From NCBI GenBank assembly GCA_963821605.1, contig CAWGEZ010000012.1, positions 725 through 64,724 of the forward strand: DNA of 64,000 nucleotides, in the 5' to 3' direction. Source of the stretch: an uncultured delta proteobacterium. Its GTDB lineage: Bacteria; Desulfobacterota; Syntrophorhabdia; Syntrophorhabdales; WCHB1-27. Position numbers and translations under genes: made by a program. Positions 9,743 to 19,997 of the stretch are shown here, in pieces. The first letter of the stretch is position 1. Each line of letters opens with the position of its first letter. A model generated the notes under the pieces. That model was not told the origin of the DNA and ran no database searches. It worked only from the letters and a program-made list of their open reading frames with translations.

Positions 9743-10744
9743 ATGAAAAAGGTATTGTTTCTTTTCTGTTTTGCCGTTTTGCTCGTTGCAGCTCTGGCTG
9801 TCCAGACTGGATCTGTGATGGCCGCCGAAACCTTCACTTTGAAGGCAATCTCCGCCTGGCCTAAGTCAGCGGTTGAATACAAGGCCTGGACAACCTGGAC
9901 CGAAATGGTGGACCAGATGGTTGCAAAGAAATACCCGGGAGAGCTGAAGATACAGTATCTGGGGGGACCGGAGGCCGTTAAAACGCCGGATCAGGCGCCT
10001 GCCTTGCAGCGCGGCCAGGTCGACATACTGTATACCTCAGGCGCTTACTATACGAATGTGCTCCCCGAGATTGATGCCCTGAAACTTTCAAATTATACTC
10101 CCTCTGAAGAGAGGACAAACGGCGCTCTGGCATTTCTTAACGACCTGCATCAAAAGAAGCTGGGTGTCTACTATCTGGGAAGGCTCGGCCTCAATGTGAA
10201 GTTCTTCGTCTACCTGAAAAAGCCGATAAAGAGTGCAGACTTTGCCGGCCTCAACATTCGCGTCTCCCCCTCGTATCTGCAGGCGATAAAGGGCCTCGGC
10301 GGGAATCCTGTTGTGATGCCCCTTGGAGACACGTATCTTGCCCTCGAAAGGAACGTTGTTGACGGCGCCTGCTCGCCGGGCGTTGGACTGCGTGAATGGG
10401 GATGGCAGAAGCAGCTGAAGTATGTTGTAGAGCCGGGATTTTACACGGTCCCGAACCCACTTCTTATAAACCTGAATTCATGGAATAAACTGCCTCAAAA
10501 GTTGAAAGACCTGCTCAGAGACGCGACCACAGAAGGCGAAAAGAAAGTGGTTGCCGAGTTTGAAGAGATGGCAAAGAAGGAACGTCCGGCGCTCGTGGCG
10601 GAGGGCATCCAGGTAATCGACCTGCCACCGGCTGAAAAGGAAAAGTTCCTGAAGATAGCCTATGACGAGGGGTGGAAGGATGTAGTCCAGAAGAATCCCC
10701 AGACCGGGCCTGAATTGAAAAAGCTGCTTTCAAAGAGCAAATGA
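9743..10744 (+). CDS. dctP: TRAP transporter substrate-binding protein DctP
   Basis: Signal peptide; GLNIRVS, YLALERNVVDG. Confidence 0.88.
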   Translation: MKKVLFLFCFAVLLVAALAVQTGSVMAAETFTLKAISAWPKSAVEYKAWTTWTEMVDQMVAKKYPGELKIQYLGGPEAVKTPDQAPALQRGQVDILYTSGAYYTNVLPEIDALKLSNYTPSEERTNGALAFLNDLHQKKLGVYYLGRLGLNVKFFVYLKKPIKSADFAGLNIRVSPSYLQAIKGLGGNPVVMPLGDTYLALERNVVDGACSPGVGLREWGWQKQLKYVVEPGFYTVPNPLLINLNSWNKLPQKLKDLLRDATTEGEKKVVAEFEEMAKKERPALVAEGIQVIDLPPAEKEKFLKIAYDEGWKDVVQKNPQTGPELKKLLSKSK

Positions 10745-10968
10745 GTAAAGACAGGTAAAAGCTAAAGCGGAGGTTGAGGTTAAGGTCAAGAAGTCAGGTG
10801 CGGATGACAGTGCCTGTCCTTGATCTTAACCTTCGCTTTGGTCGTTTCCTCAACCTGCAGTTTTCCTTACCTCAACCTCAATCTTTTTCGCTCGCCCCTC
10901 ATCTTTTTCAGTATTTGGCCGATTATTAGATTGGGAGAATTTCAAGATGAACCCGAGGAGTATCAGGT

Positions 10969-11884
10969 TTGGCTGAAGAAAAGACCGCCAGGGACTGGTT
11001 TGTAGAGGGCTGCCAGCTCGATCAGATCGAGGACCTTCCCGAAAGAGCGATGGAGGCGTATAAGGAATGCCTCCGCCTTGATGATAAATATTCCGATGCC
11101 TACGTGAATCTCGGCTTCATTTATCTGGAAAAGGAAGAGTACGATCAGGCCCTGAAGTGCTTTACGCGGGTCACGGAATTGGAGCCGGATAATCCGGAGG
11201 CATTCAACAATTTGGGCTACGTTTACGAGAAGATGGAGCGACTTGGCAGCGCAAAACAGATGTACGAGCGTGCGCGAGAAGTCGATCCCAACGATGTGGA
11301 GGCATACCTGAACACTGCCCACATCGCCGACCTGCATGCAGATTACGAAGGGGCCATGAGGCTGTACCAGAAAGCCATACAGATAATCCCGGAGTCAGTT
11401 TCTGCGCACTTTTGTCTTGCGCTTCTTGTATGACCGACATGACATGTTCGAAGAAGCAATGGCGGAGTACCAGGAGGTGCTCAACCTGGACCCCCGCCAT
11501 ATCAAGGCCCTTTTTAACCTGGGAAATCTTCACGCTCAGCATGGGGAGTACGATGACGCCATCGCGTGCTTCAACTGGGTGCTCAAGCTCAACGCTACTA
11601 ACGCCGAGGCGTGCAATAACCTGGGGTCGGTCTACGAGGAACTCGGGCGGTACGATGATGCCATTGAAATGTACAAAAAATCGGTTGCCTGCAAATCGGG
11701 TCAGGAAGAAGCCCACTGTAATTTGGCGTGTCTTGAATATCGTCTGAGCGACGGACACCCGGATGATGCAAAACTGGCCGCGATACGAGACAGGCTGCAG
11801 TTTGTCCTATCCGTAAACCCCAGGAACACAAAGGCTCAGCAGCTGATCGAAAGAATAGAAGCGTCGAATTATATCGAGATTTAA
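10969..11884 (+). CDS. TPR repeat protein (frameshift near 11425)
   Basis: Repeated AYVNLG/AFNNLG/ALFNLG/ACNNLG helices. Confidence 0.88.
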
Positions 11885-11929
11885 ACCGTCAGCCTGACAT
11901 TGAAGACGCGGCAGAAGGAGCGGCCACTA

Positions 11930-13298
11930 CTACCCGGCGCTTGCTGTCTCACCCACTTCCGACTGCGCCATTTCCCTTTCAAAAGCGTTAAGGATGAGGC
12001 TCTTTATTTCGCTCCAAAGGGCCACGGGATCGGTGGAGGTCTCGCTGGTCAACTGAGGATATTTATCGAGGGTCTGAGCAGCCAGACTTCCGGCCAGTTT
12101 GATCGCGGTTTTCCCGCGTCGACGAAGTAGCCACCTTCAGGATTTGCAGCGGGATCCCGATCTTGATCTTGAATTTTCCAATTATGGCCTCCTCGTAAAG
12201 GTCTGACCGTGCTTCCTCGGGAGCTGGTTCTGCAACCCTCTCCGGAGCTGCCTCTGATACCGCTTCGGTGACTGTCTGGGTTTCGGTCTCCTCTGGCGGA
12301 GCTTCAGCCTCAACAGGCGCCTGGTCCGACTATTGGCTCGGCCTGACTTTGAGTACTCACCTTCGAGCATGAGCAGGCTCCGAAGGCTCCTGTTCGGTTT
12401 TCTCTATTTCTGCGTTCTTTTCGATGCCATCGTCCCGCAGTCGCTTGCGCGGTCTTCTCTTCTGCAGTGCAGGACCGGTCAGTTTCTGGAAGCGTTCCGC
12501 TATCTGTTTGGCGGCCGGGCCGTCTATGATCTCAAAGGCGTTTGTTTCTCCGGCCTTCAGGCAGAGCTTGCAGATCTTGTTGATAAGACGGGGCACCCCG
12601 TGCTCCGAGTATTCCCAAAGTATATCGATAGCATCATCAGTGAAGATCTTTTTCGAACAGCCGGCAAGCCTCAAGCGGGTCTCAACATAGTCTTTGATCA
12701 AATCCGGTGACTGAATCTTATCGATCCTGCAGTAGGTGCCAATGCGCTGGAAGAGGTTTGCCCGACGGGGATGTTCAAGTCTCCTTGCCAGTTCTATCTG
12801 GCCGGCCAGAACAATAGTAAACAGGTTCCTGTGATCCTCCTGCATATTCGTAAGAAGCCTGAGGCTTTCGAGATTTCCTGGGGGAAGGGCATTCGCTTCA
12901 TCTACGAATAGAAGAACCTTCTTCCCTTCGTCGGCTGTCTGGAAGATTATTTTGTTGAATGTCTCAAGCAGATCGATGCGTTTCTGGATCTCGCAGGGGT
13001 GTCCGGTAAGCTGTCCGACTATCTCCCTCATTAGTTGCACAAAAGACATATCGGGGTTGGTTATGAAGGCGACCTTGTACTTGTCCTGGGAGAGGTTATC
13101 GAGAATGAGCCTGAGAGAGAGGGTTTTTCCGAGGCCGACGTCTCCTACGATGACAGCGATGCATTCGTTGCCCTCTTCTATCGCAAAAAGGGTCTCCGCT
13201 ATGGTGTTCTCAACAGAGGAGTGCGACTCGACATACATGGAAGGGTCGGGGACATTGTCGAATGGTGGCTTCTGCAGCCCCCAGTAGTCATAGTACAT
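11930..13298 (-). CDS. ExeA/GspA-like AAA+ ATPase with acidic linker and small C-terminal domain (frameshifted)
   Basis: YWGLQKPPFDNVPDP, GDVGLGKT, LLFVDEA, LAGQ, GVPRLIN; reading continues through shifts to TAG at 11930. Confidence 0.85.
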
Positions 13299-13743
13299 GG
13301 TCTTCTCCTTTCACCAAAACTTCTGCGCTATCGCTGAGATGAGCGAGAATATCTTCCAGTGAAAACCGTCTCAGCCTGCCGATCTTGTAGCTCCTCAGTT
13401 TGCCTGTCATGACCAGCCTGTTAAGAAAAGCTCTGCTTACCTGCAGCATGTTACACACGTTCGATGTGGTGAGCATTTTCGAGAGGTAGACCTGCTTGAA
13501 ATAGAAATTGAATACGATTTCACCGTCTTCCGAACGTTGCACGCCCACACTGGATCCGTCAGCGTCGGCACCCATAAGAAGCTTGAAATAGGCATGAGAC
13601 TTCACCACGTCAGCCTGCGTGGGAGTCAGCTCTATGGAAAGCTTCTGATCATCAGGCGCCGGGACATTGCCGCGCAGAGGATACTCCCATGCCAAAGAGA
13701 GCATGTTCGATGCGCTGGTATCCCCATATTTTGGCCTGTTCAT
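13288..13743 (-). CDS. Excisionase-like (HTH_17) DNA-binding protein
   Basis: MLTTSNVCNMLQVSRAFLNRLVMTGKLRSYKIGRLRRF; stop overlaps the ATPase start. Confidence 0.8.
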   Translation of the reverse strand: MNRPKYGDTSASNMLSLAWEYPLRGNVPAPDDQKLSIELTPTQADVVKSHAYFKLLMGADADGSSVGVQRSEDGEIVFNFYFKQVYLSKMLTTSNVCNMLQVSRAFLNRLVMTGKLRSYKIGRLRRFSLEDILAHLSDSAEVLVKGEDHVL

Positions 13744-14034
13744 CGCGCGACGGTCCATCCTCTCCGCCGTTCCGAGTCCGATCTGGCTTTCCGGCTTCCT
13801 CCTCCTTACGATGCAAAGCTTTTCCATAATCCTCTTTATCGGCCCATATCGCGCTTTGCTTGAGCCCCGGATCGGTGGGGTCGCGATACCTAACCCCGCA
13901 TGATTAGTTATCGGCTACGACGCTGAAATGTATTAGAGCGATGAAAGTGACAGTATTGACTTGCAATTTTGTGACGCAGATGTCTATCTTATGGTACAAG
14001 TAAGCTATCATAAAAAAACGGAGAGGAGGAAACA

Positions 14035-14130
14035 GTGAAAGAAAAGAGTATTAAGAAAGATGAGAAGAAGAAGCCCCAGAAAACCCTAAAAGAGAAGAGA
14101 AAGGCAAAACAAGAGAAAAAGCAGAAGTAA
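14035..14130 (+). CDS. 31-aa lysine-rich small protein (absent from ORF track)
   Basis: GGAGAGGAGG RBS, GTG start, MKEKSIKKDEKKKPQKTLKEKRKAKQEKKQK*. Confidence 0.7.
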   Translation: MKEKSIKKDEKKKPQKTLKEKRKAKQEKKQK

Positions 14131-14307
14131 ACGTCGCTGTTCGCGGAGCAAGCCACTCGCCTCAGCGTCGATGCCGAGCTGCTGCAGGATCGTGTAGGCT
14201 TTCTCCATTCGAAGATAACGCAGACTTATTTTATCGGCGCTGGCAAACCAAAGCGCCCGAAGGGCAGCCTCTTTGCCGTCTGTTGGAAGCGTCCACTCTC
14301 CCTTGCA

Positions 14308-15560
14308 CTATTGTGCGCCTTTGACCTTGGGTGTCAGCTTCACAATGTCCAGACCGTTGTTCCGGTCAATCAAATAGATGAGGCCGTCCGTGGCCACAAA
14401 AAGATCGTTTGTCTGTGCTGACCGAAAACCCGGGGCCGGCTTCGGAACGTAATGGGCGACCTCTTCGGGCCGGTAGGGGTTTGAGATGTCGATCACCCGG
14501 AGACCGCCCGAAAACCATGCTGCGTAGACCAGATTGTCCGGACCGACGTATTCGTGCGGCTGATGCGCACCGAACCGGCCTGCTCGCAAGAAGCTTCCTT
14601 TCCTGCTCGGGACACCTGGAACGTAGAGACCGGCACCGGCTTGGTTTCGTCGGTAATATCGAATACCCACATGAAGGCAGGAGGACTCGTATCGGGTCCG
14701 ACAGCCTCATCGAAGACGACGAGCCAGTCGCGTCCGAGGATCTTATGACCGACAGGTAATGCAGTGTGGGTCGGATAGGAATACGTGGGATGGTAATCGA
14801 AATGGCTGATCGTCCGCGGTTTCTTAAGGTCCGTGATATCGACGATCGAAAAGCCTCCGCCCCACAACGGTACGTAGAGACGATTACCCCAGCGGTTGGG
14901 GTGATGGGTCCTCACCTCTGTTCCCTGCCAGGTGGGCTTCTCCCCGCCGGCAATCCATTGACCGGGGGCCCACCATCTGCCCTATCTCCTTGGGCTTCGC
15001 TGGGTCAGAGAAATCGACGATCATCGTGATGTTCCCCTGGTACCCCGTGGCGCTCGCGCTGGCGTAAATGAGCTTCTTGTCGCGGTCCAGGCTAAAGCGA
15101 TGAACACCGGTCCCGCCCGTATCTAACCCGCCCATCTCCATGAAGGCAATCTCCCTGGGCTGGGCTGGGTTCGATATATCAAAAAAGGCGAGCCCGGCTT
15201 TGTCTCCCGGCTTCCAACCCTTATACGATTCCGACGTTGGTGACCAGGATATTACCGCAGAGGCGCGCCTTGTGTGAGTGGGTGCCCGGCCGTGTCTTAA
15301 TTCTGGAAACGACCCGCGGATTGGCCGGGATCGGAAACGTCGACGATACTTGTGGCAAAGGGCGGCTCCATATGGCCGATGACTGCGAGCTTTCCCTGGA
15401 CATCCACCATGCCGCCGCCTTCGATGTCCAGATGGCCTACAGGGGTGATGCCTTTGACTGCTGCTGCTTCCATAGTACCTCCCAGAACGTATTGACACAT
15501 CAAGGTCACAAAAAAAATCGCGAGGAACGAGATCGAGGTTTTCCGACAAGAGATCATCAT
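14308..15560 (-). CDS. LVIVD-repeat beta-propeller protein (several frameshifts)
   Basis: IVDVSDP, FFDISNP, IVDFSDP, IVDITD, VIDISNPYRP repeats across frames. Confidence 0.85.
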
Positions 15561-15612
15561 GATCACTCCTTATGATAACGCATATTGACCAAAGGCGCTA
15601 GAAACACCTTAA

Positions 15613-15797
15613 ACCAATTTGCATTCAAGATGGAGACCGAGGCGGCAGCGAGGAGCCGATAGCACAGCATCCTGTAGGGACGCAGGCGTACTATAAGTAC
15701 GTCGAGGAGAGCGATAGCGCTAGCGAAGCATCCTGTAAGGAAGCATCCTGGAAGGACGCAGCGACAACGAAGGTATACGCTTGAATGCGAATTGGTA
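15613..15797. mobile_element. MITE-like family B, copy 1
   Basis: TIR ACCAATTTGCATTCAAG/CTTGAATGCGAATTGGTA; internal GGCGTAC-n5-GTACGTC hairpin. Confidence 0.8.
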
Positions 15798-16010
15798 TCA
15801 TTTATAGCAGACCATCATGGGGAGCGGTATCCTTAGCGTGATGGCCTCTACGGGACACTCCATGACACAGGCGCCGCAATGCCAGCAATCGTCTGCGTAA
15901 GTCGCGTCCGGTACCGTATTCTCAACGCGCATGGAAAAGACGTCACTCTGGCACACGTCAACGCACGCGCCGCAATGTGTGCAGATTCCTTCATCTATGA
16001 GCGGTGGCAT
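15798..16010 (-). CDS. AprB-like 2x[4Fe-4S] ferredoxin
   Basis: CTHCGACVDVC, CWHCGACVMECP, LRIPLPM. Confidence 0.9.
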   Translation of the reverse strand: MPPLIDEGICTHCGACVDVCQSDVFSMRVENTVPDATYADDCWHCGACVMECPVEAITLRIPLPMMVCYK

Positions 16011-16020
16011 AAGCCCCTCC

Positions 16021-17661
16021 TCAACGTTGTAGCTCTTTCCATTCCATTACCGGTCCATCGATTCCCTTCCTCACAATAAGCAGTTTGTCGAGCAGGGGAT
16101 TCGTGAACGGGTAATCAACCCGTACATGTCCCGCCCTGGTCTCCTTTCGCTCCAGGGCTGCCAGAAACACCAGTTCAGCTAGATCCACCAGGTTTACTAT
16201 CTCGAGGCTCCGGGTCAGCTCGTGCCGGTCCTTCGCTACGAGTGCCGTCCGTACCTTTTCTTTCAGTCTCCGGACGTGGGTAAGACCCGCATTAAGCAAC
16301 GTCTCAGATCGGATGGGGCCCGCGTAATCCTGCATGATCTGTTGAAGGGCTGTGTTGGCTTCCTTCCAAGCCGGGCCTTTTGCGCGCCCGAGCATCTCCT
16401 GTATCTCCTGCTTCCTCGCTTCAATGTGCGAGCGTGCCCCCTGAGCGTCTGAAAGAGCAGCACTGCGTGAATGATTTCCGGCGCTCTCCCCCGCAATCCA
16501 GCCAAAGGTTGCTGCGCAGCTTATACCCCCGAACAGCTCATCGCCCGCGGCATAAAGCCCCCTGACAGAGGTCTCCCCTTTCTCATTGTAATAGACACCG
16601 CCGGACAGGTGCATTTCGTAAGTGGAGAACTCTACGGGCCGCTCCTTCAGATCGATCTTCTCCTCTTCCAGGTAGTCCAGGAAGGAAGCGTTTCCTTCAT
16701 GCTCCAGCCAGTGTCTCATGTACTGATAATCTTCTTCGGAGATCCCGCTGCAATCCATGTAGACGGGTCCCTTACCCGATTTGGCAAAGTCTTCGAATGC
16801 CGAATGCCAGATGTCTGCTGCCATATCTCCAAGCTTCCGGTCAGGTTTCGTGACGAAGGGCCCGATCGGCTTGCCCTCAGGGTCTCTGAGCACTCCTACC
16901 CAGGTTCCCTTGCCGCATCTCGCGAAGTACTTGGGGCCGGCCCACCGCATGGTGAGTTCAACATTGGCGAGCTCTGCGCCCGCCCTGTATGCCATCGCGC
17001 GACCATCGCCGGTGTTATTGGGTGAGTAAGCGATGTTGAACATGTGGCCGGGTGTCGGACTGGGGTAGAGCCTCGTACAGAGCCCGGTGCCCAGCACCAC
17101 GCTTTTGGCCTCGTAAACAAGGAGTCTGTCGCTCCGTGTATCAATTCCCAGTGCGACCAGGTTACCGTTACTATTGACAAGGTCAAACATCATCACCCTG
17201 TTCATGACGGTTACGCCCCTTTTCTGAGCCTCTCGCGTCAGAACCGATTTTTGATCTTTGCCCGAATATTTGAGAGACGCGAGCAATCGTCCCGGGAGTC
17301 CATGGCCGGCAAACTCGTACCGGCCTTCGTATCTCATGGGTATGCCCCAGCCCTCCCAGAGCTTGACGATATCAAAGGATTTCTCCATCCAGGTGCGCAA
17401 AAAGATCGCCTGCCGCATCGGTCCGCCTACCTGCGAGCGCACGAGTGATTCAAGATTGGGTTTCATGTCGGGGCCGTGGACCTCCGGGATGTAGCACCGA
17501 AAGTGATCATTCCCAAGGCCCGCAGAACCGCTGCGCACCGTATTGGCTTTGTCAGCGACCACGACCTTTGCCCCCAGTTCGCTGGCGCGTATGGCTGCCA
17601 TGAGGCCTGCTATGCCCCCGCCTACGCACAAGACATCCGTTTGTATGATTTCTTCCTTCAC
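16021..17661 (-). CDS. AprA/SdhA-family flavoprotein
   Basis: VGGGIAGLMAA, TGDGRAMAYRAGA, GLYAAGD, RKETR. Confidence 0.88.
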   Translation of the reverse strand: MKEEIIQTDVLCVGGGIAGLMAAIRASELGAKVVVADKANTVRSGSAGLGNDHFRCYIPEVHGPDMKPNLESLVRSQVGGPMRQAIFLRTWMEKSFDIVKLWEGWGIPMRYEGRYEFAGHGLPGRLLASLKYSGKDQKSVLTREAQKRGVTVMNRVMMFDLVNSNGNLVALGIDTRSDRLLVYEAKSVVLGTGLCTRLYPSPTPGHMFNIAYSPNNTGDGRAMAYRAGAELANVELTMRWAGPKYFARCGKGTWVGVLRDPEGKPIGPFVTKPDRKLGDMAADIWHSAFEDFAKSGKGPVYMDCSGISEEDYQYMRHWLEHEGNASFLDYLEEEKIDLKERPVEFSTYEMHLSGGVYYNEKGETSVRGLYAAGDELFGGISCAATFGWIAGESAGNHSRSAALSDAQGARSHIEARKQEIQEMLGRAKGPAWKEANTALQQIMQDYAGPIRSETLLNAGLTHVRRLKEKVRTALVAKDRHELTRSLEIVNLVDLAELVFLAALERKETRAGHVRVDYPFTNPLLDKLLIVRKGIDGPVMEWKELQR

Positions 17662-17710
17662 CGATAGCCTCCTCGATCAGCCGGACGCTGTGGGCTGCGC
17701 CGAAAGATAC

Positions 17711-18502
17711 TTACGCGGGAATGGGCCAGTAGCGGCCCTTCTTCTTGACGAGCCGCACAGAGATGCCATAAAGCTCGCTGATTGTTTCGCCGGAAAGTAC
17801 GTCATCCGTTTTTCCACTCTTCATGACTCTGCCGTCCTTGAGGATGAGGGTCTTCGTAAAGATAGGCAGGATCTCCTCCACGTGATGTGTCACGTAAATG
17901 AAGCCCGGATGACTGGTGTTCTGCCCGATTGACAGGAGAGAAGCGAGAAAGACCTCGCGGGCTCCGGGATCCATCCCGGCGCATGGTTCATCCAGGATGG
18001 TCAGGTAAGGCTCTGTCATCCAAGCCCGGCAGATCAAAACCTTCTGCTGTTCACCCTGAGACAAAGTTCCAAAGTGCCTTTGGGCGAGACCTTCGCACCC
18101 CATTTGTCTTAGATAGCCCAAGGCCCTCTCGACATCGCTCGCGGTAGGGGGTTCCCAGGAAAACGTCCATAAGCCCACCTGAGCGTATTTCCCCGAGATA
18201 ACTGTATCCAAAACCGTTTCCCTTTTGGGGACCTCATCAACAAGGGTGGACGTGACCCAGCCTATACTCCTGCGCAAATCACCGAGATCGACGTCTGCTT
18301 CACCGTTTCGATAAATTGTGCCTCCGGCGTTCGGCCAGACATAACCGCACACGATCTTGAGCAGCGTTGTTTTTCCTGCCCCGTTTGGTCCCAGGATCGC
18401 CCAGTGCTCCTGCGGCCCGACAATCCACGAGACAGCATCGAGGATCTTTCTGCCATTCAGGGCGAAACTTACTCCGCGCAAATCTAGACGAGGAACTTTC
18501 AT
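17711..18502 (-). CDS. ABC ATP-binding protein (ModF-like)
   Basis: GPNGAGKTT, LSQGEQQ, ILDEP. Confidence 0.9.
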   Translation of the reverse strand: MKVPRLDLRGVSFALNGRKILDAVSWIVGPQEHWAILGPNGAGKTTLLKIVCGYVWPNAGGTIYRNGEADVDLGDLRRSIGWVTSTLVDEVPKRETVLDTVISGKYAQVGLWTFSWEPPTASDVERALGYLRQMGCEGLAQRHFGTLSQGEQQKVLICRAWMTEPYLTILDEPCAGMDPGAREVFLASLLSIGQNTSHPGFIYVTHHVEEILPIFTKTLILKDGRVMKSGKTDDVLSGETISELYGISVRLVKKKGRYWPIPA

Positions 18503-18663
18503 TAACCTAATCCTGCTCGCGTTTCGACAGAGTTTCCGGGTGTGGAGAACATCTGCAGCCGGCAAGAGATGTGTAACACATATCTGACGAGTTCTCAAGG
18601 GCTAAGCTGCCTGGGCATCTTGCGCATTTCTTAATTTCTTACTTGGCTTTTCTAAATTTCTTC

Positions 18664-18692
18664 TTGACTTTTTTCTATAACTGTGCGATAAT
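18664..18692 (+). promoter_or_regulatory. sigma70 promoter of csp with ~120-nt 5' UTR
   Basis: TTGACT-17nt-(TGc)GATAAT. Confidence 0.6.
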
Positions 18693-18817
18693 ACATCAGA
18701 GGTTTCGGAAGTACCTGTTGTTGACCGCCGCAAAAGCCTTGGACTTTGCAGGTTCCGTAGACACAATTCCGTATTCCTTTAATTTATTAAAACTTAAAAG
18801 TTGGAGGTAGTACAAGC

Positions 18818-19018
18818 ATGCCAAAAGGAACAGTAAAGTGGTTTAACGAGTCCAAAGGGTTTGGATTCATTCAGAGCGAAGACGGTGGAGATGTCTTCGT
18901 CCATTACTCAGCTATTCAGGAAGCGGGCTTCAAGTCCCTCGCAGAGGGGCAGCAAGTGAAGTTCGACATCGTGGATGGCAAAAAGGGCCCCGCTGCGGCC
19001 AACGTTCAAAAGGTATAA
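18818..19018 (+). CDS. csp: Cold-shock protein
   Basis: [24 protein letters not shown]. Confidence 0.97.
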   Translation: MPKGTVKWFNESKGFGFIQSEDGGDVFVHYSAIQEAGFKSLAEGQQVKFDIVDGKKGPAAANVQKV

Positions 19019-19054
19019 AGCCGACATGCCCTGATCATCGTCAGGGCTCCTCTC

Positions 19055-19083
19055 AAGGGGATCCAAGGTCCCCTTTTTATTTC
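19055..19083 (+). terminator. Rho-independent terminator after csp
   Basis: AAGGGGAT-ccaag-GTCCCCTT followed by a T tract. Confidence 0.7.
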
Positions 19084-19556
19084 AATCAATAAGCCAAGAA
19101 AAACAACCCAGACAATCTCTGACTGCGGGAAGCCTGTTTCTCTCGCTGCTTAAGCTGCGGGCGATCCGCGAAAGACGGATGCGACTGGTCGCAGATACGA
19201 GCATACCGCTGATTAGCGCTTCCTTGACTGTGTTGCTTTTGGTTGTGCATACGAGACGTTGCAGGTGTGATGATACAAAACTCCGTTTGGTAGAGTCATG
19301 GGCCGGCACGCATAGCCGGATGCGTCTGGCGGGACGGAACTGAACTGAACTGTCTCACAGGGCCTTTCACCGCATGGTATGCCACGGTCTTCTTGCCATT
19401 TACCTTTCGGACCGGAAGGTCGATCGGCAGGAGAGGATGCGCCAGATGGCCATACACATTATGAAAGAGGGCAGGGGAGCTACCTTGCTCTTCTTCTTGA
19501 TCTGCTGGGTGCGCAGGCGACTCAGAAAGGTATAAAAAGGGACTGATGTTCGCAAG

Positions 19557-19796
19557 TCACTTCTTGGGGCGCGAGAAGTCCAGTAGCCTTACCCCGACGA
19601 ATATAAGAAAGATGGCGACGGCAAGCACAAATCGGTAAGGTATGCCGAAAGCGTGGCCGAATGCAATTTTTAAATTCATGAGGTTGGAGAACCAACCCGC
19701 TCCGGCTTTATAGCCGGAAAGAAAAGGGAGAAGAAACAGGGCAATGAGTATCCCAATGAGAATCAGGATGTACGCCTTTCTCCGATGGCTAAGCAT
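19557..19796 (-). CDS. Small two-TM membrane protein
   Basis: Two hydrophobic segments. Confidence 0.65.
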   Translation of the reverse strand: MLSHRRKAYILILIGILIALFLLPFLSGYKAGAGWFSNLMNLKIAFGHAFGIPYRFVLAVAIFLIFVGVRLLDFSRPKK

Positions 19797-19997
19797 AGGC
19801 AACTCTCAATAGGTAGGAAGCAGGATGAAGGTTGAGAAAGAACAGGAACAAGGTTAAGATAGGCGGAAAATGCAAAAAATTTGGCTCAAGGAAAGTGCAC
19901 GATCTGTTTTCCATAGCGTTAACCTTTGCTTTTACCTGGTTCATTTCTTGCCTGTTTCACCCTGTTCTCAACCTCAACCTTAACCTTAACCTGTCCT

